Assembly: GCA_013239625.1 (NCBI GenBank)
Contig: MU056050.1
Location: 3,644,084 to 3,708,083 of the forward strand
Origin: Lama guanicoe
Taxonomy: Eukaryota
Reading direction: 5' to 3'
Length of the DNA: 64,000 nucleotides
Positions 1 through 13,613 of the stretch are shown piece by piece (within the stretch, counting starts at the first letter, position 1; each line of letters starts with the position of its first letter). The notes under the pieces were generated by a model that saw only the letters and a program-made list of their open reading frames with translations, was not told the origin of the DNA and did not search any database. The position numbers were made by a program, and so were the translations under genes.

Positions 1-200
1 ATCCATGAATCATGCAAGTTTCATAAACTAGACACTTGCAAATAATGTGACTGTGGTATCAATATTAATGACAGGGCAGAAGTAAATAAAGATATTTAGT
101 GGTAAATTCATACAAAGTACTGTCTGTAGGCCTTTCTTATTTAATTGTGAAAATAAACCATGATAGTGAAATGGAACAAGATCCCTTCTGGTCCAAATTC

Positions 201-750
201 TTTCTGTGTCTCCTGGTTCTTGTTTGTAGGAAACAGGCTTCATTCAGCCTCCTAGATCTCCCATGAGTTCCAAAGGGCAGATTCAAACAACTGCTAATCA
301 GAGAAGTGAAGGAATGCAGAAACTAAGGAGGAGCAGTCAAGAAACAATAACACAGCCTTGGGATAGGATTCCCGTTCCTCCTTAAGGAATATAAATAACA
401 ATACCTTTGAGTTGTTCTGCAGGAACTATAGCCCCCACCCAGGTGGAGGATGGTAACTTCAGGCTGAGCACAAGGTTCCTGGAACACTGGTCTGTTACCT
501 TACCACCAACCAATCAGAAAAACGTCTGCACACCCTGGAAGATAACAGACTCTGAAATCCTCCCCAAATAATTTCCCCTTTAAAAACTTTCATGATCCAG
601 CAGAATCTTCAGAGTTGGTTTTCAGGTGCAAGTCTGCTATCGCCCCAGATTGTGGCCTCCTGAATAAAGCAACCTTTCCATTCTTACCAACACTTGTCTT
701 AAAGTATTGGTTTTTTGAGCGGCGAGCAGCTGAATCTGAGTTTGTTAGCA
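201..750 (+). mobile_element. Solo LTR, ERV1-like
   Basis: ~550 bp with LTR layout: TATA-like tttaaaa ~579, AATAAA 663-668, U5-like end ...gagtttgttagca. 5' boundary approximate. Confidence 0.65.
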
Positions 751-879
751 ATATCATTGCACATGCCTTTTATTTACTACAGATTATGCTGTTCTGATTA
801 TTTAATCACCTGCTGGTACTTCCTATACTTTATTTTAACTTAGAATTAGGGAAAAAAACAAATTTAAATGTATTACTTT

Positions 880-1110
880 GCAAAATATAGGCCAAGTGCT
901 TTACATTGCAGTATTACATTTAGTCCTCACACCAAATCTTGTGAGATAAGTACCGTTATTATCCTCATACTCCAGATAAGGAAAGTCAAGCACAGAAAGA
1001 TTATGATACTTTCTGGTAGTAGAAGAGCTCATAAGTGACAGAACTGAGACTTGACCAAGTACTTTTTATCCCAAGATCCCAATCTCTTAACTACCAGAAT
1101 ATATCATCTC
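880..1110 (-). mobile_element. MIR SINE
   Basis: MIR core-like tcctcacaccaaatcttgtgagataagtaccgttattatcctcatactccagataaggaaagtcaagcacaga. Confidence 0.7.
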
Positions 1111-1770
1111 TGAATAAGACTACTGGCAGTGCGGGTGGAGTGTGCAGCGATATAGCTAGTTAAGTGTCCATTATGTACTAGGATTTATTACTGCACTGGA
1201 TGTTGGTAGATTTCCCACAGAGGGGGCCTTTTTTATCCAGGAAATTATTTTACCATTTGATAAAAATTATAATATGATGAAGTATACAAACAATGGGTAC
1301 TTTGAGATCCTTTTGTAAGGAGAGCTAATAGAAATCTACCACCAGGCCAGTCATTTCAACAGGATGGAACGGGGCATATCAGAATCGAGGAATATATCTT
1401 TGTGAACCATTGCACTAGACTCTGAATTCTTTGAGAGCATCTTGTTCACTTTTGCATCTTCAATGCAAAATATGGGGCCTAATGTAAAACAGAAAATACA
1501 GGATGTAAAGGGGAAACCAGTCTCTGATGAGCTGCTTACATTTATGTAACCTTGGGTCAATCATCTCCCCTGAATGTCAGTTTTTTTATTTCTGAAATAT
1601 AGTTGGCTGCTGGCTAATTATAAAATCTGAAAGAGATACAGTTTTTTTCTTTATGAAGCTTGCCATCTGATGTATGGAAGACAAACCATAATAACACTTA
1701 TCCTACCGTATTCACAGAATTTTGTGACGGTCAAATGAGATACCAAACGTATTTGGCACATTATAAAATG

Positions 1771-1974
1771 TGGTTGACCCTTGAACAACATCAAGGTTAG
1801 GGGCACTGACTCCTTAGGAAGTTGAAAATCTGTGTATAATTTATAGTCAACCGTACATATGCACAAATTCAACTAAACCCAGATTGTGTAGTACTATACT
1901 ATTTACTACCGAAAAAAAAATCATGTATAAGTGGACCTGCACAGTTCAAACAAGTGTTGTTCAAGGGTCAACTG
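1771..1974. mobile_element. TcMar-Tigger2-family MITE (MER8-like)
   Basis: Terminal inverted repeats (tg)gttgacccttgaacaaca ... tgttgttcaagggtcaactg, followed by TA. Confidence 0.8.
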
Positions 1975-2276
1975 TACTCTACAAAAGTTATCATTATAAT
2001 TTTGATCATATAAAGTTGTCATCTGTCTACTAGTCTGGTTTATTTTGGTTGCAAGAGATAGAAATCCAACTCCAACTAGCTTAAGGGGAAAAATTAATGT
2101 ATTGAAAATGCATAGGGTAGGTCTCTGAATCAAGAAAGAAGGAAAAAATAAACTGCAAGGACACGGTAGCTCTAGGAATCTTAGATATGTAAAGTAAATT
2201 CTTAGTGCTGTGGGTTTCTTTTTCTCTCCCTTTCTCTTTTTCTCCTGCTTCTCTTTCCCATTGGCTTCTTTGAGTA

Positions 2277-2769
2277 CAGTGGTCCCCTCTTACCTGTGGG
2301 GGATACATTCTAAGACTCCCTAGTGGATGCCTAAACCACAAATAATACCAAACCCAATATATACTATGTTTTTTCCTGTACATCCATACCTAATAAAGTA
2401 TAATTTACAAATTAGGCATAGTAAGAAAATATCCAAATTGCCAGCATCATTACTCTTGTGCTTTGGGGCCACTATTAAGTAAAATAAGGGTCACTTGAAC
2501 ACAAGCACTGAGATACCTCGACAATTGATCTAATAACCGAGACAGTTACTAAGTGACCAAAGTGCAGGATATGCTAGACAAAGGGATGATTCATGTCCCA
2601 AGTGGGATGGAACAGGATGCCATAAGATTTCAACATGTTACTCAGAATGGTACACAACTTAAAACTTACGAATTGTTTATTTCCGGGATTTTCCATATTT
2701 TTGGACCATGGTTGACCTTGGGTAACTGAAACTGCAGAAGGAGAAACTGCAGATAAGGGAGGATCACTG
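2277..2769. mobile_element. TcMar-Tigger7/MER44-like element, apparently inside an old MaLR (MLT1) LTR spanning ~2030-2970
   Basis: TA + cagtggtcccctcttacctgtgggggatacattctaagac... and matching inverted end gataagggaggatcactg. Confidence 0.75.
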
Positions 2770-3194
2770 TGTTAGCTTCTTCCTCTCAGGCTTCTCTACT
2801 TGGTGGAGAAAATAGCCTACGGCACCCCTAGAGTCATATAGTTCTTTGATATCCTTATTGTTCCTTGACTGGAGATAACAGAGACACTTCACCACCACCT
2901 CCAACTGAAAAATCCTGAGGAAGGACTCCGATTGCATGCAAGAATGCTATGCTCATTCCTTGCCTAATCACCGAGGTCTTACAGTTGGGTTGCTATGATG
3001 GTCTCAGCTTGGGTCACATGTTCACTCATTTTCATTAAAAAAAATACGCAGCTAGGAAAATATCCTGAGCAGACAAAAGCAAGAATAACAACATCACAGT
3101 TTTATTTGCTTAATATTGTATCTATTAAAGATACAAATTTATTTGTAGAATGGCTTAGATTCTTTCTGTTCTCTTACTCTGTGGTAATACTTTC

Positions 3195-4290
3195 AAGAGT
3201 GGGCTACATAATTTGCAGGGCCTATGCAAAATGAAAATGTAGGGTCTTTTGTTCAAAAAGCAGGAAAAAGTAGTTGAATGTACTAAAAAATAAAAAGCTT
3301 TTTCTTTGAAATATTTTATTACTTATAAAACATGATAGAGGTAATAATAACACATGAATAAAGATATAAAGTTGCAAATTACAAAAAATATTTTTGGTGT
3401 AATAATTTTATAAAAAACAATAAATGATAATACTTTATTAATGTGATATCTTGATCCATCAAAGGATTTTTCTGGCTCACTTTTCTGTAAATTCATTTAC
3501 TAGGTCATCAAAATATATACATTTAGCCACTTCATTTTCTTTTCCTTTCTTTTAATTGAAGTACAGTCAACTTATTATATTATTTTCAGGTGTATAACAT
3601 AGTAATTTGATATTTTTATATAGTATACTCCACACAAAGTTATTATAAAATATTTACTATATTCCCTGTGCTGTATATTGAATCCTTGTAACTTATTTAT
3701 TTTCTACCTAGTAGTTTGTACTTCTTAGTCCCCTTCACCTATTTTGCCCCTCTTCCCACCCTTCTCCCCTATGGTAACCATTAGTTTGTTTACTGCCTCA
3801 GCTCTTCCAGTTCCTGCTCAGAGGGTTAATATTTGTACAGATGCTGCAGGGACAGGATGCCAGGATGGACAGGCAGGCTGACCTCCCACTGCAGGTCCCA
3901 GCATTGCCCCCATGAGGAACCCCTTTTTTGCCCCCAGGCCACAGCCACTGCCACCACCACTGCTACTTCTGCTGGAGCTGCCATTATTCTAGCTGCCTAT
4001 ATGGGACCAAATCTTGGCCCCGGTTATTCCCTTAGGGCCCAGCAGAGCCTCACCCTGCCCTAAGGTAGCAAGTGGGTCTCACTATGCACCTGAGCTTGTG
4101 GTATACATGCTGCTCTGCTCATGCCCATACTCCATTGTGCCTTTGGATTTGACTTACAAAACACAAGTTCAAAGACAAAAGTATTAAGAATTTCATGATG
4201 GTGACAGCAGAACATTAAATCAAGTGTGGGGCTCCTTTTGAGATCGGGGCCTCTTTACTACACAGGCCTTATGCACATAAAGCCTGTCTT
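3195..4290. mobile_element. hAT-Tip100 MER45-like DNA transposon interrupted by a minus-strand L1 3' fragment (~3545-3795)
   Basis: MER45-type ends gggctacataatttgcagggcc and cacaggccttatgcacataaagcctgtcttg. The internal T-rich block ttaattgaagtacagtcaac...tatggtaaccattagtttg is a reversed L1 tail. Confidence 0.6.
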
Positions 4291-4571
4291 GCAATATGTG
4301 CTCACTTGGAAAAACAAGGTCCCTATTTATTCTCTGAACAGGTAGTAGCTCAAAAGTGTCTAAGAAATGTTGAAAAAAAGACATGAAAAAATCCTCTACT
4401 TGGGTTTTACTTATACACATGCACATGCGTGTACACCCACCCACACACCAACACACACCACATTTCTGAAACAAAAATGTTATGGAAAAAAAATGTACCT
4501 TACTACGTGTGATGCATTGTTTTTAAAAAGGCTGGTCCTGACCCACCAAACATCTATATTTCCTTGAAATA

Positions 4572-4678
4572 TGACCAACTTACCCTGGTTTGCCTGGGAC
4601 TTTTCCTCTAGCATCATAAGTCCTGATCTCAGGAACCCCATCAGTTCTGTCAAAAGCAGGATGAGTGGTCATCTTGCC
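4572..4678. mobile_element. hAT-Blackjack MER94/MER81-like MITE
   Basis: tgaccaac...ccctggtttgcctgggac ... caggatgagtggtcatctt with degenerate inverted ends. Confidence 0.5.
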
Positions 4679-6299
4679 TCCATGTCTTTATTCTATGCAT
4701 ACAACTCTCTGTCTTTGCCTTGACTTGTTTTCAAACCACAGCTTGAATTCTTGGCGTTAGCAGTCCATCTCCTCCAAGAAACTTTCTGATACTTCCTGGC
4801 TAAGGTAAGCACTCTTTTCTCTCTGCTCCAATAATACACTGGGTATCTTACGACAGTGCTTCCTTGGTTGTTTCCCCCATTAGACAAGAGTTCCTTAGGG
4901 CAGGAAATGAATTTTTTTCATCTCTGTTTTCTTGGTGGCTAACATAGTGCTGGGTACCTGACATATAATCAGTACAGATTTCCCCCTCTATCCAAAAGTA
5001 GAGCATTCCTATGAAATCTTTCATAAGCCATAACGGCGAAAAGCGAAGAAGCAATTACCTTAGGACACATCTTGCTAACAGATGCACAAAATAAATTGAG
5101 ATAAAAGAGATACTCACAGACATGATTCAAAGCTATGGTGGCTTGATGCTGAGATGCTGAGATGCTGAGTGTAGTTCCTGGGGAAGGAGCTTAGTGGTAC
5201 CACTCTCATTGCTTGGGGTGCTGCACTGCCTCTGTAACAGCTCACTGCAAAACAAACACCGAATGCTATTTTTGCTTTTTGCCTTTTTTTGTAAAAGTGA
5301 AAATCCTATTAGGAGTTCTTTCTGTTAGTGAAAACAGGTACTAATCTGGGTCTTTAGCAAAAGAAAAGTGGCATAAAGTGAACTTTTGGAAAGTGGGGGA
5401 TATCTGTAAACATTTATTGAAAAGATAAATGAAGCACTGGATCTAAAACTGCCGTTTATCATGAAGATTGGAACACTAAACTAAGCACTAATGGTCAATA
5501 GTCCTTTACTTTGTTAAGAAATCAGATTGGATGTTCTCAGCTTCTTTCAGAAACACTAAACAAATTTACCCACCCTCTAAATTTTGGGGGTGAGTTCAAT
5601 TAATTCCTTATTTACTAGGTTCCTTATTTTAACCCTAGTCTTCTTTTACTTAATGTGATGTTTTTTCTTTAAACTTGAAATAGAAAATCTATTACAGTCA
5701 GCAAATAAAATGGCTTTCTTTTGTTCTGATAACAAGTTTCAGTATCACTCAACATAGTTGTAGAACTAGAATATTACTGGAAACTCAACACTACTATCTG
5801 CATATTACATATTAAGACTTTTTCCTAACCATGTTGATGTCACTATAAGTTGAATTCAAAGAATAGAAATAGAAGATTAAAGTTTGAACTCAGACTCTGA
5901 GAAAAAAGGTTTTGTTTGAAAATTGCCTGTCTAATGCTGACAAAAAGCTGATGGATATAATCAGTTTATTTAGTGTGATGAAAATATCTCGGTCAAAAGG
6001 CTTTGATTTTAGTGAAAAATAAGAAAGAAATAGTGAATATTTTGGTTTGTACCAAGAAATTCAGTTGTGCGCACTAAAATGCATGATTTCATGGATTGTG
6101 AGTTTGGTTTAATGGCTGACTATAAAAGTTATTTTAGAGTTCAACATTATTATGATTTATGGTATTAAAAAATTTTAATATATTATATGAAGAGTTGTTT
6201 GTATAATCCTGACGCATTATAGGAATTTGTAGTGGTCAACCTCTCTTAAATATTTCTTATGTTATACTCTAAGTCAGTTCTTACTGGATTATTGGAAAG

Positions 6300-7079
6300 A
6301 CTCTTGATGCTAACTACTTGGAGTCACGCCAAACTTCACTGGTTAAGGGCACAACCCTTCCCCAGACCTGTCCTCACCTCAGATATCAGCCACCTACTTG
6401 GGAGTAGGGAGGTTCGAAACCATCTACACTTCTGATCAACCAGCTACAAATTTAAGATTTCCCACTACCCCATTATGTTCAATAATTCACTAGAATGACT
6501 CATAAAACACAGGAAAGTGCTATACTTACTATTACAGTTTTATAATAGTAAAAAGGATATAAATCAAGATCAGTCAAAAGAAGAGATGCATGTGGCAAGA
6601 TCTGGGAAGTTCTTGAATGTGAAGCTTCCAGTGACTTCTCCTAATGAGTCAGGATGTGTCATCCTCCTGGCACAACAATGTGTAACAATATGCACAGAGT
6701 ACTGTTAACTAGGAAAGCTCACCTGAGCTTCAGTGTCCAGACTTTTTATTGAAGTTTTATTATATAGGTGTGACTGATTGAATCTCTGGCCATCTGGAAT
6801 TCAATCTCCAGCTCCCCTCTCCTTCTGGAGGTCACATGGCTCAAAGCCCTAAACATTTGATCACATAGTTGGTCTTTCAGGCATGGCCACCTTCTAGCCC
6901 AAGTCATTCTATCTAGCTTAAACTTCATAGAAACCCACCAGATGTCCCCTCATTAGCATAAACTATCAGCATCTATCATGAGTAACAAAGATACTCTTTT
7001 CACTCAGGAAGTTCCAAAAATTTAGAAGTTAACTCCCAGGAACTGAGGACAAAGGCCAACTAAACTCTTTGTTATACAA
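6300..7079. mobile_element. MER21-like LTR
   Basis: MER21-type motifs ggttaagggcacaaccc, aataattcactagaatgactca, ctcattagcataaacta and end aaggccaactaaactctttgttatacaac. Confidence 0.65.
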
Positions 7080-7539
7080 CTATTTACTGACAAATTGGAA
7101 ACTTTAAAGATTTCTTATGTGCATACAGGCTAGCATTCTTTATCTATGGAGAACACACACTTTATTTTATAGGTTCCAAACAGAATACACCAAAGAAAAA
7201 CATTTTATCCATAAGCTGTTGCAATAACACATTGATCTATTTTCTTGAGTACAGGCCAGGGAATAAGGATTTGGGGCCACTAAAGCTTTACTCTTTATTA
7301 GTGTCTTTCTTTTACAGGATAACTTTCAGAATAGCAAAACAGCTTCCTGAGTGTTTCACATTGTTCCATCCGTATAATACCACTCAAGTTCTTGATATAC
7401 AAATGGAATATGCAACTACTAAAATTGGATGGTTAGCATGTTCTCCTTTTCCTTTGTGCTTTTTTTAAAATTAAAAAAAAAATTTTGGTTCCATTTTCTC
7501 TCTTTGCAGGAGTATTTATTTCTTCAGTTTCTTCCATAC

Positions 7540-7968
7540 TATAGGAGAGAAAAAATAATTTTCCCTCTTAAGATTTTTAGCCGATATTCGACTGCCTCCC
7601 CCCTTAATAAAAGACAGATTAAAAGGAGAAAAATAAACTGAATTTTAATAGCAATGTATACCTCCTGTGTACATGGGAAAGACCCAGAAAAACTGAGTAA
7701 CTCACTGAAATGGCCGAAGTCAGCACCTCAGATATCACCTCCAGCTTTATAAAGACAAAAGAAGATGTTGGGGGCAGGGGAGCCAGTTATGGGAGGATAC
7801 CAGGAAAAGCACAGTAACAAGGCCTTTGCCTTCTCCACTGATCAGCATTTCTAGAGATTTAGTTTTGTTACAGAGACGGACAGACATACAAATGGATATT
7901 TCCCTTCAAGATAATTATTACACCAAAGAGGCATATTTAGCAGTGGAAAATTCTGCTCCCCTTCAACA
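7540..7968 (-). mobile_element. Solo LTR, same family as 9321-9835
   Basis: Shares blocks with 9321-9835 (acatgggaaagacccagaaaaactgagtaac; agccagttatgggagg; caaagaggcatattt...tgctcccct) and ends in CA. Confidence 0.65.
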
Positions 7969-9314
7969 TCTTGGTTAATTTCCAAGCCTCTGAAGTTAGA
8001 CTACCTAGGTTCAAATCCCTGCTCTTCCATTCATCTGCTGCATAACATTGGGCAAGTTACTTGGCCTTTTTATGTCTTAGTTTTTTTCATTTATAAAACA
8101 GGGATAATAGTAATATTTACTTCCTAGGGTTTTAGTGAAGATCCAAATAAATAATACATGTAAAACACACACACAAAAAGTTACTGTACAGTAGTTATAC
8201 GTTCAATATATAATGCATGTTTTGTACAGTAGCTCAAGGACAACAATTATTTCTACATAACTAAAACATTCCTTTGAGATCAGTGAGCCTTAAGTTTATT
8301 CTCTTTCAGATACAAATGTAGGCAACGAACCACTCACAGAAGTCCAAGGGAGGCAACATGACTTGCCTAAGGTCACACAGTGAGTAGCACAGTTGTGATT
8401 GGAATCCCCCTTGCTTGTTTCCAAGTGCTCTTTTCACCCCACTGTACTACAAGTACAATGCAACTTATAATCATTCCAAAGTACTACTGCCCCAGAAATC
8501 TTTGGAAAGAAAGATTCAAAAGGACTGATATGCTTAACAAAACTCAACCTAGAAGTACTTTCTTTAAGAATATTCAAAAGAGCATGCACATGCCTAAATT
8601 TCTTTAAATGTGAGTTTATATGCATAAGTTTGTAAAGAGAGTTCTGTACATATCTCATGGTGCGTGTATGCGTGTGTGTTTCTCTGTCTCGTTTCACTTT
8701 TTCTCTCTCTCTATATATACATACATATATATATATTGCTATGTTCCCTTAAAATTCTTCTTTACCTCAGGACATTTTAATTTTTTTCTTTTGCTTTGGT
8801 TGTTGACAGATTTATTTTCAATTCAGTACAGCTCAGTGAATTGCAAAGGAAAATAATGACTCTGAAAGTGTTACAGTACACCCACATAGCTCTTCCACCT
8901 GGTTGCCTTATCCTTCCAAACAGGCACCACCCCAAAGTAAACCATGTTGCTCAAAAACAATGATGAAAGGAGAGTGGTAACAGTCTGCTGCAATATCCTT
9001 ATTCAAATGCTATCTTGAAAGTTTTTCATGGCTCTTGTGATAAGGGCTGACATGATCTGGTGATGAACAAGGCAGCATTTTCAAAATGGAATCTGGAACA
9101 CAAGTCTGTTTGAGATACTAAGAAGTATTCCACAAAAAAAGGCGGGGGGGGGGTTGTTTGTTTTAAAGCAAACAGTCTTGGAAAGGACTGAGTTGGATAA
9201 GTCTGAGTTAGAGCTTTATAAAAAATATTTCTTCAGTTCTCAGTACCTTCTAAATATGCTGGAACACATCTTCAAGAACATTTTGGGAAACACTACATCA
9301 AGATTTTGATATTG

Positions 9315-10556
9315 CAAGAGTGTTGGGGAGGAAGAATTTTTCCTCCACCCTTCTAGGTTTTTCTGGCTGGTCTAACAATTAAATTTACATGAGACAGATC
9401 AACAGCAGAAAATCAAACAAAAGTTTAATACTATGTATATGTGGGAGAGACCCAGGAAAACTGAATAACTTGCCAAAATGACTTAAGCACTCACCTTTAA
9501 TACTATCTTCAGGTAAAGTCAAAGAGGATGCTGAAGGTAGAGAGAGTCAGTTATGGAAAGTTACTAGGAAAAGGACAGTTTAAAAAGGGTAAGGAAATTA
9601 TGCAGAATTAAGTCATTGCTTTCACCATTGATGAGTTTCAAGAGACTTGGTCATCCTCCCCTCCCACCCTTATAAATGGATATTTCCAGTATAAATGTAA
9701 ATGTTTCTTACAAAAGGATAACTCCTACTTGGTTTTCAGAACTTTTCCTATGTGTGCTGTTTCTCAGAAGATAACCAGCTTAAAATAATATGCCAAAGAG
9801 GCATATTTTGGGTTGGCAAATTTTGCTCCCCTATAGGTTCCTAACCTGGAGTATGAATTTTTTAACTGGAATTTTTATTAACGTAATTGTAGATTCACAT
9901 GCACTTGTAAGATACAGATAAGTCTTGTGTACCCTTTATCCAATTTCCCCCAAAGGTAATATCTTACAAAACTATAGTACAATATCATAACCAGTATATT
10001 AATATTCATACAGTCTACTGATCTCATTCAGATTTCCTCAGTTTTATAATCATGTGCATGTGTATGTGTGTGTGTGTCTGTCTACTTCTGTACAATTTTA
10101 TTACATGTGTAGGTTTGAATATCTGTTGTCTGTGAATTTTTACAGAGAAATTATTACTTTATTATTACTTTATTTCTGCTACTGAAATTTAGCACTTCCT
10201 TTAATGTAGGTTAAAAAAACACACATAGTTGTATTAGCAGTACTTGGGACTTTTTCATTAATAGAAATCATATTTAGTTTTTGTAGATCTCAAAATATCA
10301 TTTATGTGCATCACTGCCTCAAAATTAGAATAGCTATTAAACCTGCCAATAGATCTTATTACTTACTGCTTTAATGAACATGTATTTTACTATATCACAA
10401 TTTTTCAATAGTTTGATAACTTTATTTTAACATATTTAGTTTCTTTATAATCCTATGTATTTTATTTATTTAAAAGTAGTATTTTGAGAAGAGGTTCATA
10501 AACTTCACCAGACTGTCAAAGGGGGTTATGGCATAAAAAGGGTTAAGGACTCCTTG
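9315..10556. mobile_element. hAT-Charlie-like element split by an LTR (9321-9835) and an L1 fragment (~9865-10125)
   Basis: Left end caagag/ggttcctaacc and right end gggttaaggactccttg form a degenerate TIR pair once the inserts are removed. Confidence 0.5.
9321..9835 (-). mobile_element. Solo LTR (ERV1-like), related to 7540-7968 and to the split LTR at 28305/32563
   Basis: Starts TG (tgttggggag), ends cccctata; extensive block identity with 7540-7968. Confidence 0.65.
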
Positions 10557-11099
10557 TGCAGTGAGGAAAAAACAAACTGAAAAAAGAGACAAAAGAGTTT
10601 GTTTTGATTTCCAGCTCTGCTGCTTATTACCTATGTATAGCTTAGACAAGTATGCAAATGCCGAGCCTTAGATTCCTCAACCAGTAAAATGAAAGTGAGA
10701 CTAATAGATTGCTATGGCTCCCTTAGAAGCACTAAACCTCTCAGAATCTATTTATATACAAGCAAATAAATCATCTTTCTACCATTTTCTGAACTGATTC
10801 ACATCTTACAGAAATAAACTTTTCCCTTTGAATTTCTAGTGATATATGGATAACAGAAATTTTTTCAGAAAATAGCTTCAGTTATTCATTCATTCAAAAA
10901 TAATCTCTACTCACACTCCAAACACAATAAAATTGTGCACCTGGAATTTTGGAAGCACCTAAGAAGAACAACAAGATTAACTGTTAATTAACAACAATTA
11001 TTTCTTTGTTAACAATTGATGGACTTAACCAATCTTGGAATAAATTATTATCAGCAAAGGATTCCTAGAGGAGAAATCTGAATTTGAATTGAATTGAAC

Positions 11100-11830
11100 T
11101 CAACTGGCTATTTGAATTGAGTCTTGCAAGAGCACTGAGTAATGAGAGAGCATGATGCACTTGGAAAATAGCGAGTCATTGTCTGTACCTTGTGGAAGGG
11201 TCAGAAAATGACCCTGGACATCATTAAGGGCCTTCTATGTCTGCCAGGTTATAGTAAGAGATCATGCGTTTTATCCTGATGTCGGTGGTGACTGATAAGC
11301 AGTTTTAAGAAGGAAACGTGACATAATCTCATTTGCAATTTATAAGAATTCTTTGACAGTAGGCTGAAGGAAGAACTGAAGGGAAATAAAAATAGAGATA
11401 GGGAAACTAGTTAGGAGACTTGCAACAATCCAGCTGTAATAATTTGAGGGCTTCAAATAAAGACATGGTTGTAGGAATATAGAAAAAGAAATGTATTTGA
11501 AAGAAATGAAGGAGGAGTCAAAAAGACTTCTAGGTTTCTATCTTAGAAAACTTTGTATTTAACAAAACTAGGAAGCATATGAGGAAATATATTGGGGAAA
11601 CAGGTAGGAACAAACAACTGGTTCAAACTTAGGTTGACTCTGAGATAACTCCAGAACACTGAGGTGTGGATATTCAGTAGCTGTCTGGAAATTTAGATGT
11701 GAAGGTCAGGGGTACAGTTTGGACTCAAAATATAGATGTGGGAGTCATCTTATATGCTAACTGATGCTACAGAAGTGGACACTATCATTTAGAGAAATTA
11801 TGAATAGTGAAAAGAGAAAAACAATAGACT
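11100..11830 (+). mobile_element. L2 LINE fragment
   Basis: Purine-rich L2-like tract, e.g. gttttaagaaggaaacgtgacataatc, atatagatgtgggagtcatc. Confidence 0.5.
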
Positions 11831-13419
11831 TCAAATTTTATTGGCAATATAGTTCATCCACAAAAACGTTTGGTCTCTATGCATGTGTGGGTATATTAGT
11901 TTAGCTGTACATGTGTATATTTTATAAAAATTTTTATTACAGATGCCACCAAAATGTCAATATTAAAAAGATGAGCTAAGAATATATATACATAAAAGTT
12001 CTAATATTTTCCACACTCCAAAGCATCATCTTGTGTACTCCCTCACGTGTACACATCTCACTGTGGAAATCAGTGAAGAATGAGAATAACAGTGGAAACC
12101 TGGAGACTTAAGGATGAGTAAGAAAATAGTAGAGACAGCTTGAGAAGGGTACTCCAAGTAGGGAGGGCATCTTGAGCAAAGGCATATAAGTGAACACTGG
12201 GAAAACAAGACTAGAGTTGCTGGAGAATAGAATGCAAAACAGAAAGTAGCTAAAGTTTACGTGGAAGAATTTGATAGAAGTTGGGTCCTCAGGGTCAATG
12301 GGGAGTCAAAGAATGGTTTAAGGTAGGGGAATTAACATGATTTTGTTTACATTTGGCTCAAATCGCTGGTGGTGGTGGAGACAGGAAAGGGTGAGATGGG
12401 AGGAAGGTAGATAGAATGAAAGATACAGAAAATCAATTTGTGAAGATAAGTAAAATGAATTAGGCTTATTTGAGGAGAATAGATGGCTGAGGAGTGACTT
12501 GGTCACAATCTTCCAATATAAGATTTATAATGTAAAAGATTTTTGTCTAATCTCTGAGAAGTAAAAAAGAGGAAACAAAATGATAAAAGTGGTGAAGTTT
12601 GAGTTAGTTACCAAGCAAACTCCCTTGATCATCTGGGTATTGATTTATATATTTAAATTCTTTATCTCTAGAAATTTTCATGAGGAGAATGGCATTAGTG
12701 GCTGCTTTATGACAGGCAGATAACAAATGTCAGGGAGGTGTAAGTGTGGGACTATTGAGATTGTTTCTTTTAAAAATCTGGTGACAATCATTATATAAAG
12801 GCTAGATTCAACTTGAGGGCTGCCAGGTTGTGTTAATTGTGGCTTCGTCATTCACTTAGTTTTAGGAATGGTTCTGAACCAGTTAGATGCTCCCAGGAAG
12901 TACCTGTGCCTTGTAATAATCAGAGAAGGTGATCAACAAAATAGCGTGCATTTAATGACAATTTACTAAGTTCTGGGTTAAAAACAGGTCTATCATACAG
13001 TTTCTGTTCTCTAGGAACTGAATATCTAATTTGGGAAAACAGGATATAAGGGTAGGAAAGCAATGATATAAAGGAGGAAAGAAGTGCAAGGATAACTTAT
13101 AATTAGCTCATAAACTTCTGTTGAGTCATATTAGGTGATGCACCATATTTAAAAATCTGTGTGTTACTGGAAGTTTCCCTAATGATATCATTTCTGAGAA
13201 ACTCAGATCAACAGAAATGAATGCATTTTAGAATGTTTTCTCCCCCTTACAGTTAAACCTGACATATCTAGTCCTGCTTTATAAAAGAGTAAAAAGGTTA
13301 GAAATGGATAACAATGCCACTAATTCTATTTGATAATTCAAAAATTAAATTAACATTTACTCCAAATATTATTCAGCTTGAGTACAAATGATTTATAGAT
13401 TCAGCAGAATAAAGTTCTA

Positions 13420-13613
13420 AGTACTATATATAAAATAGATAAAAAACACATTTCTTTTGTATACCACAGGGAACTATTTTCAGTATCTTGTAATAACCTA
13501 TAATGAAAAAGAATGTGAAAACAAATATATGTATGTGTATGTATGACTGAAACATAATGTTGTACACTAGAACTTGACACACTGTAACTGATTATTCTTC
13601 AATTAAAAAAAAA
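13420..13613 (+). mobile_element. 5'-truncated L1 3' end, same lineage as the full-length L1
   Basis: Near-identical to 23765-23979 (aaaatagataaaaaacacatttc...tgttgtacactagaacttgacac...ttcaatt + A-tail). Confidence 0.85.

Noticed and set aside
5146..5169. (gatgctga)x3 short tandem repeat
   Set aside because: Simple slippage duplication with no associated structure.
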